Source of the DNA: Scyliorhinus canicula
Lineage: Eukaryota
Assembly (NCBI RefSeq): GCF_902713615.1
Contig: NC_052152.1
Coordinates: 16,221,215-16,285,214 of the forward strand
Direction: 5' to 3'
DNA: 64,000 nucleotides
In this document: positions 47,943 to 60,491 of the stretch, one piece after another
Layout of the letters: each line of letters begins with the position of its first letter
Position numbering within the stretch: the first letter of the stretch is position 1
Program-made: the position numbers and the translations under genes
The notes under the pieces: model-generated
What the model was told of the DNA's origin: nothing
The model's input: only the letters and a program-made list of their open reading frames with translations
The model's database searches: none

Positions 47943-49266
47943 AAGATGCTGGAATCTATCATCAAGGAAGAAATAGCGAGGCATCTGGACCGAAATCATC
48001 CCATTGGACAGACGCAGCATGGGTTCATAAAGGGCAGGTCGTGCCTAAGTAATTTAGTGGAATTTTTTGAGGACATGACCTGTGCGGTAGATAACGGGGA
48101 GCCAATGGATGTTGTATATCTGGATTTCCAGAAATCTTTTGACAAGGTGCCACACAAAAGGTTGCTGCATAAGATAAAGATGCATGGCATTCAGGGTAAA
48201 GTAGTAGCATGGATAGAGGATTGGTTAATTACTAGAAAGCAATGAATGGGGATAACTGGGGGTTTCTCTGGTTGGCAATCAGTAGCTAGTGGTGTCCCTC
48301 AGAGATCAGTGTTGGGTCCACAATTGTTCACAATTTACACAGATGATTTGGAGTTGGGGACCAAGTGCAATGTGTCCAAGTTTGCAGACGACATTAAGAT
48401 GAGTGGTAAAGCGAAAAGTGCAGAGGATCCTGGAGGTTTGCAGAGGGATTTGGTTAGTTTAAGTGAATGGGCTAGGTTCTGACAGGTGGAATACAATGTT
48501 GACAAATGTGAAGTTATCCATTTTGGTAGGAATAACAACAAAATGGATTATTATCTAAATGATAAAATATTAAAACATGCTGCTGTGCAGAGGGACCTGG
48601 GTGTCCTAGTGCATGAGTCACAAAAAGTTGGTTTACAGATGCAACAGATGATTAAGAAGGCGAATAGAGTTTTGTTCTTCATTGCTTGAGGGATGGAGTT
48701 TAAGATGAGGGAGGCTATGGTGCAACTGTCTAAGGTGTTAGTGAGGCCACACCTGGAGTGCTGTGTTCAGTTTTGGTCTCCTTACCCGAGAAAGGACATA
48801 CTGGCGCTGGTGGGTGTGCAGAGGAGATTCACTAGGTTAATCCCAGAGTTGAGGGGGTTGGATTACGACGTTGGGACTGTACTCTTGGAATTTAGAAGGA
48901 TGCCCCGGGGGGGGGGATAAAATTATGAAGGGAATAGATAGGATAGATGCGGGGAGATTGTTTCCACTGGTGGGTGAAAGCAGAACTAGGGGGCATAGCC
49001 TCAAAATAAGGGGAAGTAGATTGAGGACTGAGCTCAGGAGGAACTTCTTCACCCAAACGGTTGTGAATCTATGGAATTCCCTGCCCAGTGAAATATTTGA
49101 GGCTCCTTCATTGAATGTTTTCAAGATAAAGATGAATAGTTTTTTGAAGAATAAAGGGATTAAGGGTTATGGTGTTTGGTCGAGAAAGTGGAGCTGAGTC
49201 CACAAAAAATCAGCCATGATCTCACTGAATGGTGGAGCAGGCTCGTCGGCCAGATGGCATACTCCT
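47943..49266 (+). mobile_element. CR1 LINE fragment
   Basis: QHGFIKGRSCLSNL, YLDFQKSFDKVPH, SKFADDIK, LVRPHLECC. Confidence 0.94.
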
Positions 49267-49402
49267 TTAGAGTTTAGAGAAATACAGCACAGAACAGGCC
49301 CTTCGGCCCACGATGTTGCGCCAAACTTTTATCCTAGGTTAATCATAGAATTTTGGACAATTTTTCATGGCCAATCCACCCAACCTGCACATCTTTGGAC
49401 TG
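49267..49402 (-). mobile_element. 5'-truncated CR1-tail/HE1 composite
   Basis: Shares the junction cctaggttaatcatag with 61945-62385. Confidence 0.8.
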
Positions 49403-49429
49403 TTCCTAGTTCTTCTGTTCTTGTGTTCT

Positions 49430-50513
49430 TATAAGATCATAAGACATAGGAGCAGGATTAAGCCACTCGGCCCATCGAGTCTGCTCCACCATTCAATCAT
49501 GGCTGATATTTCTCTCATCTCCATTTTCCTGCCTTCTCCTCATAACCCTTGATCCCCTTATTAATCAAGAACCTATATAGCTCTGTCTTAAAGACACTCA
49601 GTGATTTGGTCTCCACAAGCTTCTTTGGCAAAGAGTTCCATAGAAATTCCTCCTCACCTCTGTTTTAAAGGATCGTCCCTTTAGTTTGAGATTGTGTCCT
49701 CTGCTTCTAGTTTTTCTGACAAGTGGAAACATCCTCTCCACGTCCACTCTATCCAGGCCTCGCAGTATCCTGTACGTTTCAATAAGATTCCCCCCTCATC
49801 CTTCTAAACTCCGAGTACAGACCCAGAGTCCTCAACCGTTCCTCATACGACAAGCTCTTCATTCCAGGGATCATTCTTGTGAACCTCCTCTGGACCCTTT
49901 CCAAGGCCAACACATCCTTCTTTCGATGCGGGGTCCAAAACTTACCATAATACTCCATGGGTCTGACCGGAGCATTATACAGCCTCAGAAGTACATCCCT
50001 GGTCCTGTATTCTATTCCTCCCAACATGAATGCTGACGTTGCATTTCCTTCCTAACTGTCGACTGAACCTGCACGTTAACCTTAAGAAAAGCGTGAACAG
50101 GGACTCCCAAGTCCCTTTGTGCTTCTGATTTCCTAAGCATTTCCCCATTTAGAAAAGAGTCTGTGACTAGATTCCTCCTTCCAAAGTGCATAACCTCACA
50201 CTTTTCCACATTGTATTCCATCTGCCACTTCTTTGCCCACTCTCCTAGCTTTTCTAAGTCCTTGTGCAGCCTGCCTGCTTCCTCAATACTACCTGTTCCG
50301 CTGCAGATGTTTGTATCACCTGCATACTTAGCAACAGTGCCTTCAGTTCCTTCTTCCAGATCATTAAATTATATTGTGAAACTTTGTGGTCCCAGCACAG
50401 ACCCCTGAGGAATACCACTAGTCACCGGCTGCCATCCTGAGAAAGACCCCTTAACCCCCACTCTCTGCCTTCTTCCATTCAGCCAATCCTCTCTCCATGC
50501 CAGGATCTTACCC
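49430..50513 (-). mobile_element. CR1 LINE fragment
   Basis: MEYNVEKCEVMHFG; LERVQRRFTRMIPG..YEERL. Confidence 0.93.
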
Positions 50514-50516
50514 TCA

Positions 50517-51070
50517 GGGGCAGCACAGTGGCACAATGGTTAGCACAGTTGCTTCACAGCGCCAGGTTTCCCAGATTCGATTCCCGGCTTGGGTCACTGT
50601 CTGTTCTTCCCGTGTGTGCATGGGTTTCCTCCGGGTGCTACGGTTTCTTCCCACAATCAAAAGATGTGCAGGTTAGGTGGATTGGCCATGCTAAATTGCC
50701 CTTAGTGTCCAAAAAGGTCAGGTAGGGTTGGGGGCGGGTGGATCGGCGGCCGGGAATTAATGTGCGGGGTTTGAGGGTCGGGCGCGTAGCCGACCAGGGA
50801 TCTCCTTTGTGGGTGTACCTCAGTGATCCGAGTCCACCATGGAGGACAGCGCGGCTGTGGGAGGCCGCCGCCGTGCGCATGCGCGGCCTTTGACTCAAAT
50901 GTGCAGGGGCCCGTATCTGCAGCAAAAGCTGCGAGATTCACTCCGGGTCCCTGCTCACTCCCTGCAAGGTTGGGAATTCGTGCCCCTTTAATCCTGGAAT
51001 TTCAGGATTAAAACACCACTATTTTGACGCCGGCGTGGGGATATAGTCCCAAAAACGGAGAATCCAGTGC
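50517..51070. mobile_element. HE1 SINE 5' part (50517-50730, +) fused to the right half of a Harbinger MITE
   Basis: SINE head gggcagcacagtgg; MITE end ggagaatccagtgc. Confidence 0.75.
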
Positions 51071-53014
51071 AGAGTCTGTAATTGGAGGAGAAGCTTTGTC
51101 CTTCCAACACCTGCTTCTCCTCCAATCAAACTCATCAGTCAGTGCCTGCTTTCAGCAACTATCAGAAACTGCTAAGGGGAGGAACTGCATCTTTCCTTAA
51201 GGCAGCTTTGTGGTTGGCCAACTTTGAAATAAAATAAATAATTTTCCCTGAGATTGCTCCGAGTAGTATCTGCCGCTTCCGACCTTCAGGCAACGGTGTG
51301 GGTTTCTGGTTGCCTTTAAGTTCTAATTTTTTTTTAAATTGGTAGATTTGTGCTGCGTTCCCCCCTTCCCACCACTTCAGATTTTGCTGACCTGAGCAGC
51401 TGCCTATGTTGCCCAGGTGTGGCACCGGCCCTGATCTTGCCTCCCATTGGCAGGGAAGAGAAACACCCAAGGCCCGATACAGCCTCAGCAAAATCTTCAG
51501 TGGGATACAAAGCAAGGAGTTCAGTGCTCCAGGCATGGCTCTGTTTCAATATCTGTAGTACAATGTTTGAGGTACGTTGTTGCATTGAAACAGGCTCATG
51601 GAGGGTTGGAATCACCCTTGCTTGGACTAATTGGTCAGGAAACCTGGAATTCAAATGTAAACGCAGTGGCTGGGTTAAGTAGCCATTAACAAACACACTC
51701 CTGAAGCTTCTAGGTTCCCCACGTACAGTGTGGCATCCTGCTGTCATCTGCTCAAAAAGTAGGAATTCAACCTGTTGAACTGTGTGTGTCTCTCTCCACA
51801 GATACCTCCTGACCTGATGAGTGTTTACAGCACTTTGTGTTTTTATTTCAGTACAATGGAACTGCTGTTTTCACTCGTACTGAATTAGTGCTGCGCTGAA
51901 TAAGCTGAATGAGTAGCATATGTTTATCCTCATGGATGAAAGAACTGATGGTGCAACGCCACTCGAGGTGAGGCCTGAAGATCACATTGACTTCAGCTGA
52001 CATGCTGATTGGGGAATCGTCAATAATTGTTTTGTTTAAGCCTCAAAACATAAAGAGAAAGTCCTGGGTCGGGGAGCAGACATAAGGGCAGGAATTTGAC
52101 ATGGGCCATTTTTGGGTATGGGATCGTGATTACCCTGTGCCTGTCGATAGGCGGGCAGGCACAAACATCATGCTATCTGCTAATCAACATAATTGTCGTG
52201 TGGAGTTCAGTGTCAAATCAGGGTTACAGGTTACTTCACGTCGCACTCTGTTAATTCTGCGTGCTTCTGGCATACCAATGGCACACTCGCATTAGCACTT
52301 TACAGTCAGGGCGCATCATGTGGCCTATGCCGGAATGTTCCACATGATCTTCACTGAGTTTCATGCTTCCGTAGTGCTGGCCTAGTGTGCTAAGGATTTG
52401 AACTCCAGGGCCTGGGTCATTTCCTCCAAAGTCAGTGTTTGAAAGAACGACAGAGCTCTCCCCAGCACCCGAGAACATTGTTTATCATTCAATGAACATC
52501 ACTTTAAAAAGTCATTCATTGACTGAAAAGTGCTTTGAGACAACCTAAGTTGTTAAAGACGCTATGTAAATGCAAGCCTCTTTTTTCTAAAATAATACGA
52601 TGGGGTCTTTGATATCCAGCGGAATGAGAAGGCAAAGGAGCTGTCATTCAGCAGTCAGGACTGAGTGGGTTGACAGTTATAATTCTCCAAGTTATTGACC
52701 TGTCCCTGCTGATTTCAAGGGGCAACTACAAGTCAAGTACATTGTTGTTTGTCTGGAGTTGTACAGGAGCCAGACTGGGTCAGATTAGCCAACCAGATGG
52801 ATCAGAGGATTGTTATGGTGCAGAAGGATGCCATTTGGTCACAATGCTAACACTTCAATTCCAGGTTTATTTAATTGAATTTAAGTTCCCAGCTGGAGTG
52901 CAATTTGAGTTCAGCTCTCCAGGTCAGTGACATTACCAATGTCCCAAATTTAAACATATGGCTAGATTCCACAGCAACAAAATGAAAACTGCAAATACAC
53001 CCACTGTCCCTTTC

Positions 53015-53238
53015 TTTTTTTTTTAAATTTAGATTACCCAATTATTTTTTCCATTAAGGGGCAATTTAGTGTGGCCAATCCACCTACTCTGCACATTTTT
53101 GGGTTGTGGGGGCGAAACCCACGCAGACACGGGGAGAATGTGCAAACTCCACACAGACAGTGGCCCAGAGCCGGGATCGAACCTGGGACCTCAGCGCCGT
53201 GAGGCGGTTGTGCTAACCACTAGGCCACCGTGCTGCCC
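53015..53238 (-). mobile_element. HE1-type SINE (short variant)
   Basis: gggatcgaacctggg B-box; ends cgtgctgccc; flanked by gtccctttctt on both sides (TSD). Confidence 0.9.
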
Positions 53239-53255
53239 GTCCCTTTCTTCATTCA

Positions 53256-54379
53256 GGGCACGATCTAACGGAAACGTTTCTAAGTGACATTTCTGGCGGG
53301 TTTGGCTGGGTGTTTCTCCCACTGCTGTCCAACCACACTTAGGGCGAGTTCTAGCGGCCATGTGGCACCCGCAAAACAGCGCGTTGTGGCCGGCAGATGC
53401 TGGGACATCCCTCTTTCGCGAACCACCCTGCTCATCATGCCTCGTGAGGTACAACGTGATCTCGGGAAACATCGCGGTGTGAATCCCGCCCGTGGTGGGC
53501 GGAATCACGTTCTGGCAAATCTGCATATTGGAGTGAGACCGCACTAATATGCATTTCCAAGATCTAACCAAACGTGGGATCTAACTCCCTCACCTTGGAG
53601 AACTCGGATGAGCACTGTCAGTGTTGGGCACGAGATGGAACGGGACTCGTGGGTCTCCCAGGGGATCGGAGAACCCAAGGTGCTTGCTCTCTGGGCAGGG
53701 TGTCAACCTGACACTGCTGATGCCACCCAGGCTCTATCAGCTAGGCACTTTGTTGGTGCCACCTGGCATTGCCAAGGTGCCCGTGTGGTTCTGGCAGAGA
53801 TGGTGTCAGGCAGGCTCTGCCAAGGTACTAAGCTGGCATCTTTCACACGACAGGGATCAGGCCCGGGGGTGGGGGTGGGGTGGGGGGCCGGGGGGGGGGG
53901 GGGGGGGGGTGCGGAGCATGGACCCCCTTACAGGTGAGTTGGGGCTTTGGGGGGGTTTGGGTGGCGGAGGGTCGAGAGATCGGAACGCCGTTTTAGAATG
54001 ACATCCCAATCTCTCCCGACACTGAGGAGTCCCGGCGAGCGGAGCTTCTCAGGGCCGAAAACGGGACTAAGTGTGAGATCAGCCACCTGTTCCTCGCTAA
54101 GGCTCCCCATCTACTCAAAGGTCCGTTCGATAGTGTGGCGTTTCGGTACTTCAAGCACTTGCAAACATCTGGCTAATTGCGCACTATGGGACTCTATTCC
54201 ACTCAGGTCTGCCTAATCGCGCACTATGGGACTCTGTTCCACTCAGGTCTGGCTAATCGCGCACTATGGGACTCTATTCCACTCAGGTCTGGCTAATCGC
54301 GCACTATGGAACTCTGTTCCACTCAGGTCTGGCTAATCGCGCACTATGGGACTTTATTCCACTCAGGTAGATCATCCCC
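53256..54379. mobile_element. Harbinger-type non-autonomous element with G run and subterminal tandem array
   Basis: TIRs gggcacgatcta / tagatcatccc. Confidence 0.75.
54168..54368. repeat. Minisatellite, 40 bp x 5
   Basis: Unit tctggctaatcgcgcactatgggactct(a/g)ttccactcagg. Confidence 0.97.
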
Positions 54380-54394
54380 GTAGTCATTTAATTG

Positions 54395-55222
54395 GGCCCT
54401 GGGTGTTTCTCTCTGGGCTAGCCCACACTCACTGGCCAGAGCGGCTCCTCACAGATCGGTCCATCATTTTGAAAGGGTCCCGATCTCTCAGTGAGCTTGA
54501 GGGCCCCCCACACCCTCCACCCACAAGCAATGCCACCCCCCCCCCCCACCACATAGATGGCCATTTACTCTATTCCCCCCAAAATGGGAGGGGTATAGTG
54601 TAATTATGGGGTTGCTCACGGCCCCCCTTTTCAGACCTTCACATGCCCCCAAACATCCATAGGACCCTTTTTACCTGCCCTCCACCCCCCCCACCCTTCA
54701 TACCCATCCCTCTCTCCTTTCATGGGCACAGCCGCCCTCAGGCCCTGACCCTTGGCTGTGTTCCTTGGCAGCTGGGCACCCTGGCACTGCCACACTGGCA
54801 CCCAGTCAGTGCTCTGACCAGCCTGGAAGTGGCATTCAGGCACTTTGACAGTGCCAAGGTGCCAGCCTGGAAGTGCCAAGGTTCCCGGGTGCTCGGGGGA
54901 GAGCCAGGGAGCATCCCTGCCCTGTCCCTGAACACCCAGGGTCCGACAATGACCTGGGAGACATCCCCCAGTGCCATTCCGCCTGGTCCATATTTGAGTG
55001 GATCGGTGCTAAACAGCTCCCGGCCGGGGTCTCTTTGGAGAGACGATAGATGCTGGGAGCCCATTAGATCCAGTGTCATCACGGTTAAGTGGATACTTAA
55101 ACCCACTGGTTCGATCTCACGAGGCATTGAAGCCGTAGGGGATGACGGAGGAGGTCTCTCCTGACAATTACTGGCCGCGTCCCGCTCCGATTCCGGTGGG
55201 ACGCAGCCGATAAATCGCGGCC
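54395..55222. mobile_element. Harbinger-type non-autonomous element fragment
   Basis: ggcac/gtgcc-rich interior; TIR-like aaatcgcggcc end. Confidence 0.6.
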
Positions 55223-55409
55223 TCAATCTCTCCACAGTTGCTTGACTTGATGTTTTTTTACAGGGGGCCATATGCTGGGGACTGTTCTGGTCTGCTCTTA
55301 TCTGAGGGAAACCTCTTTCAACCAGTGTCGTTAACGGTAAGCAGATATGTATTCGAGGTGACAAGGAATTGAAGGATTCTCGTAAGCTGAGATAAACCAC
55401 CAGCTGTAA

Positions 55410-55900
55410 CAGCTACAACTTGTAGCTTCATTAATGTAAAACATGTCCCAAGACACTGTACAGGGACATTATAAAAGCAAATTGTAACACCGAATGACAT
55501 AAGGGGCTGTTAGGTTAGGAGGCCTCAAAGCCTGGTCAAAGAGTTAGAACATAGAACATTACAGTGCAGTACAGGCCCTTCGGCCCACGATGAAACCACA
55601 AAGTTAGGTTTTAAGCAGCTTCTTAAAGGGAAAGAGAAGCAGAGACATTTAGGAGTGAATGCCAGAGTTTTGGGCCGAGGTAACTGAAGGCAAGCCACCT
55701 CTGGTGGAGCAATTAAAATTGAGGCTGAGGGTTGCGGTGTTGGAGCAGGTTCCAGAGGTAGGGAGGGGCGAGGCAATGGAGAGTTTTGAAAACAAAGATG
55801 ATAATTTTAAAATCAAGGCACGGCTGAACCAATAGCCAGAGTAGATCAGCGGGCACAGGGTGAACAGGATTAGGTGAAATAAAGTGGTGGAGACAAGTGT
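55410..55900 (-). mobile_element. L2 LINE 3' fragment
   Basis: HPVPADLLWL..LDFKIIIFVFKTLHCLAPPYLWNLL (L2 ORF2 C-terminal motif). Confidence 0.85.
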
Positions 55901-56077
55901 AGCACTGGCAGCAGAGGCCGAATGGTCTGTTTCTACACTGTAAAATCTCTGGATTGCTTCGTACACGTCTCATAAATAGTCTCAATACACCATCTCTATC
56001 ATGCAAACAGATGAACTTAGTTCGTGCATATGCTGCTGTATCGGTTTTGTCAACACCGCAGACTAACACCTATCGTC

Positions 56078-56478
56078 TCTAGACTCAGAGGAGGTGCCAG
56101 AGGGCTGGACAATTGCAAATGTTTTGCCCTAGTTCAAAACGGTTGTAAGGATCACCCCAGCAATTGCAGGTCAGTCCGTTCAACATCAGTGGTGGAAAAA
56201 CTTCGAGAAGCAATTATTCGGGATAGAATTAGTAGTCACATGGAAAACTGTGGCTTGATGAGGAAAAGCCAGTATGGATTTCTAAAGGGCAAATCATGTT
56301 CAACTAACTTGCTGGAGTTTTCTGAGGAGGTAACAGAAAAAAGTGGATGAGGTTGACGCTGTTGATATGAAGTATATGGACTTTCAGAAGGCATTCACTG
56401 CAGTGCCACACAACAGACTTGTGAGACACGTTGTAGCTCATGGAATAAAATGGACGGTAGCAACGCGGATCCAAAAAT
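56078..56478 (+). mobile_element. CR1 RT fragment
   Basis: SQYGFLKGKSCSTNLLEF; YMDFQKAF..VPH. Confidence 0.85.
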
Positions 56479-56479
56479 T

Positions 56480-57200
56480 TACAAATGTGCTGAACAATGT
56501 GGCAATGACCTGTTCAATAATTTGTGCTTCTGTTGTTGACTGCGAGATAAATATTGTCCAGGACATTGGTGATAACCCCTCTGTTTGTCTTTGAATTAGT
56601 ATCACAGGATCCTTGCGTTTTGAAGTCTCATCCTCCAAAAGTGGCGCACCCTTTAAGAACTATTAGCCTTGATGTTACATGCTCAAGCCTCGGAGTTGGA
56701 CTTGAACCCAGAATCTTGTGATTCGGAGACAAGAGTGCTACCAACTGATCCACAATCTTCTCTCTGAGGACACAACGTTAACCAAGTTCCCCTTTACCCT
56801 CTGAGGTGCAAAGATCCCATGGCATTTTTGTGACGAAGAACAGGAGAGTTATCCTCGGCAGCATGGTAGCACAAGTGGCTAGCACTGTGGCTTCACAGCG
56901 CCAGGGTCCCAGGTATTGAGTTACGGGGATAGGTTGGAAGTGAGGGCTTAAGTGGGTCGGTGCAGACTCGATGGGCCGAATGGCATCCTTCTGCACTGTA
57001 TGTTCTATGTTCCTGCTTGATATATTTTCTTCAATTACCATCAATAAAAATAGATTATCTGGTTATTATCTCAGTGCTGTGTGTGGGAACTTTCTGTGCA
57101 CAAAGTTTTCTATCACATTTTCCACAATTACAACAGACACTGCCAGTAAAAAGTATTTCATTGGCTGTTGCAGAGTGATTAGAGAAATGCAAAACTTTCT
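56480..57200. mobile_element. Ancient Deu-type SINE remnants with an internally deleted HE1 (56857-57010)
   Basis: gtgtgggaactttctgtgcacaaag..acaattacaacag..aagtatttcattggctg; similar pieces near 10070, 46830, 52500 and 58960. Confidence 0.55.
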
Positions 57201-57624
57201 GTCTCCCACAGCAGTAATTTCCATGGAAATTCTTTTGATTTCTTAATTGTCCACGGGAATCTCAGGAGAGTATTAGCAAAACCTCTGAAGAAACATTGTG
57301 AACAATCTCTGATAAAATTCCAATTTTGGTTAAGTTCCCGGATTGGAACCCAACTATTTGCATTTGGTAAAGCTGTGAGGAAATGTTTGAATGAAGCACA
57401 TTAGCAATAAGCTTTACAGTTAACAGTTACGATATCGCAACTTGCTTCTTGAAACCTGCCTCTACATTCCAATTAAGCACTGATGTATAAAGTTAAGAAA
57501 CCGGTATTGCATGGTTATCTTGGTGCAGAATTCTTGGAGAGAGGAACTTTTTTTTTTAGAACCAAGCTGAAAACCTTCAGCTCAGCCTTGAATCCTGGAA
57601 AAAAACTCCTTTGTTCGGACAGTA

Positions 57625-57935
57625 CGGCATGGTAGCACGGTGGTTAGCACAATTGCTTCACAGCTTCAGGGTCCCAGGTTTGATCCCCGGCTTGGGTCAC
57701 TGCCTGTGCAGAATCTGCACGTTCTCCCGGTGTCTGCGTGGGTTTCCTCCCGGTGCTCCGGTTTCCTCCCTCAGTCCAAAGGATAGGTGGATTGGCCATG
57801 ATAAATTGCCTTCAGTGTCCAAAAAGGTTAGGTGGGGTTACTGGGTTACGGGGATAGGGTGGTGGTGTGGGGTGCTCTTTCCAAGGGCCAGTGCAGACCC
57901 GATGGGCCGAATGGCCTCCTTCTGCACTGTAAATT
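57625..57935 (+). mobile_element. HE1 SINE
   Basis: Head ggcatggtagcacggtggttagc; tail gatgggccgaatggcctccttctgcactgta. Confidence 0.9.
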
Positions 57936-58148
57936 CGAAAACAGACCTGGTCTCTCCCATTAGCTACACTCAAAGCCCTTGTTACAAGGTTGCCTTGATT
58001 TGGTGAGCCAGGTCCAAACTGTTACAACATTACATTAACTCTTCTATCTGCAAACAGGTAAAATGGCTTTTGATATCTATTTGCGATACTCCTCTCTGCA
58101 AAAATCACTGATTATCTCACTTTTAATCGCAGCTCTGGCAGAAACATT

Positions 58149-58788
58149 GGGCGGGATTCTTCCCCAGCGGGATGCTCCATTTTGCCGGCGCCCAGGGGTT
58201 TCCCGATGGTGTGGGGCTGCCGCACAATTGGAAACCTCATTGACCGGCTGGCATAACGGAGCATCCCGCCGGCGTGGTGTGGCAGAAATGTGGCGCTGCG
58301 GGGCGGAGCATCCTGCCGGCGTGGTGTGGCAGAAATGTGGCACTGCGGGGCGGAGCATCCCGCGGGCGTGGTGAGGCAGAAATGTGGCGCTGCAGGGCGG
58401 AGCATCCCGCGGGCGTGGTGAGGCAGAAATGTGGCGCTGCGGGGCGGAGCATCCTGCCGGCGTGGTGAGGCAGAAATGTGGCGCTGCGGGGCGGAGCATC
58501 CTGCCAGCGTGGTGAGGCAGAACTGTGGCGTGGCGGGGCGGAGCATCCTGCCGGCGTGGTGAGGCAGAACTGTGGCGTGGTGGGGCGGAGCGTCCCGCCG
58601 GCGTGGTGTGGCAGAAATGTGGTGCTGCGGGGCGGAGCATCCTGCCGGCGTGGTGAGGCAGAAATGTGGCGTGGCGGGGCGGAGCATCCTGCCGGCGTGG
58701 TGAGGCAGAAATGTGGCATGGTGGGGCGGAGCATCCTGCCGGCGTGGTGTGGCAGAAATGTGGCGTGGCGGGGCGGAGCATCCCGTCC
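58149..58788. mobile_element. Harbinger MITE expanded by an internal tandem array
   Basis: TIRs gggcgggattct / agcatcccgtcc; perfect 3 bp TSD att/att; 5' part matches 34977-35090. Confidence 0.9.
58258..58788. repeat. GC-rich minisatellite, 47 bp x 11
   Basis: Unit gcatcctgccggcgtggtgaggcagaaatgtggcgctgcggggcgga; first unit starts at 58261, last motif at 58778. Confidence 0.97.
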
Positions 58789-59092
58789 ATTGTCTGTAAG
58801 CATTTTAAACTATGAAATGTAATAATCTCTTTGATTCATCACAAAATATTTTAAGAATCATGTATAAAATACATTTCTTTGCTATTGTTGATAACTGAAG
58901 TGTGGAAGGAAAGGAATGAGGTAAATGAGACATGGCATAAAAAAAGAAAGGAGTTGAAAGTCTTTCAGTTATTAATCATCTTTAATGGCCTCCAGACATA
59001 TCAAAACACTTAACAACCAATGAGGATTTTTTTAAAGTGTAGTCACGACTGTAATTTGGGAAATGTAGCATCAAATTTGTGCCCAGCAAGTT

Positions 59093-59442
59093 AATTTACA
59101 TAGAATTTACAGTGCAAAAGGAGGCCATTCGGCCCATCGAGTCTGCACCGGCTCCCGGAAAGAGCAACCTACCCAAGGTTAACACCTCCACCCTATCCCC
59201 ATTACCCAGCAACCCCACCCAACACTAAGGGCAATTTTGGACACTAAGGGGAATTTATCATGGCCAATCCACCTAACCTGCACATCTTTGGACTGTGGGA
59301 GGAAACCGGAGCACCTGGAGGAAACCCACGCACACACAGGGAGGATGTGCAGACTCCGCACAGACAGTGACCCAAGCCGGAATCGAACTTGGGACCCTGG
59401 AGCTGAGAAGCGATTGTGCTATCCACAATGCTACCGTGCTGT
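59093..59442 (-). mobile_element. HE1 SINE
   Basis: Tail ggaggccattcggcccatcgag; core and tRNA head present. Confidence 0.92.
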
Positions 59443-60335
59443 ACCGTACCGTAATGGATAAGCACAGTGCATAGCAAGAGCCCAGTGATCATAATATTAG
59501 ATGGATGGGTGAAAAGGTGGATGGAAGCTCAGTTTGTAAAAGAACCAACATGTAAAATATCGATCCTATGTTGCCATTAAAAGTAAATTACAGATTGTCA
59601 CGATAGGAATTTGTATGAATTCTGAAATGCAAGTTCTCACAGATTGTTAAATTAGTTTGATGAAGCCATACCATTAAAACACAATGGATTTGCATTACTA
59701 AATTATTCAGGTGCTTGACTAACATCCAATGTGTCTGACAGAATCGAGTGACCGTTTCAGTCGGAGAATTGAAACTCAAAATAATTCTACTATTTATCTT
59801 ACAGAAGAATAGTTATTCTCAACATCTTCACCTACTTTTATATATTATGCAAGTTTCATATTCATCAAGATGTCCCAAAGAGTCATTTGAGTATTTGATG
59901 TTCATTGTTACTATGTAAAAAAAAGTAACAATTAAATGGCGCACTGTACAAATGACAGTGAGAGAAATGGCCAGTTAAGCTGCTGTGCTGGGATTAGTTA
60001 TAAGGGATTGGTCAAGGCACCAGAGGATTATTCTTGGTCTTCTTATCGCAAACCCCCATACAAACATAAGAAACCTGATGGAAAACTGTAAATTAGAAAT
60101 AAAACATACGAGAAAATGATGAAAATACTCAGCAGGCCACACTGTCTGGTGGAGAAAGAAACCAAATTGCCATTTCAGATGGGTGATCCATTTTCAAAAC
60201 TCCAACACTTCCCCTAACTCTAAGATTACATCAGCATTAGCTACAAAGGAAGAACACCAGTTTTGACATCCGAATTCTGGGGAATATCTTTGCTGCTTTT
60301 TGAAGCCTCCTGAATATATAGTTACTTGTTTACCT

Positions 60336-60491
60336 TAAGAACATAAGCTGTAGGAGCAGGAGTAGGCCATTTGGCCCTTCGAGCCTGCTCTGCCATTCAA
60401 TGAGATCATGGCTGATCTTTTGTGGACTCAGCTCCACTTTCCCACCCGAACGCCATAACCCTTTATTCCTTTATTCGTCAAGAAACTATCT
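60336..60491 (-). mobile_element. CR1 3' tail
   Basis: taagaacataag..ggccatttggcccttcgag; a second short tail at 60945-61030. Confidence 0.8.

Noticed and set aside
54168-54368. CRISPR-like 40 bp repeats
   Set aside because: Contiguous tandem copies with no spacers, inside a MITE.
58258-58788. CRISPR array or repeat-protein gene (ORFs of 188-237 aa)
   Set aside because: Units are head-to-tail with no unique spacers, there are no cas genes and the DNA is eukaryotic. The ORFs arise because the GC-rich unit lacks stops on the minus strand.
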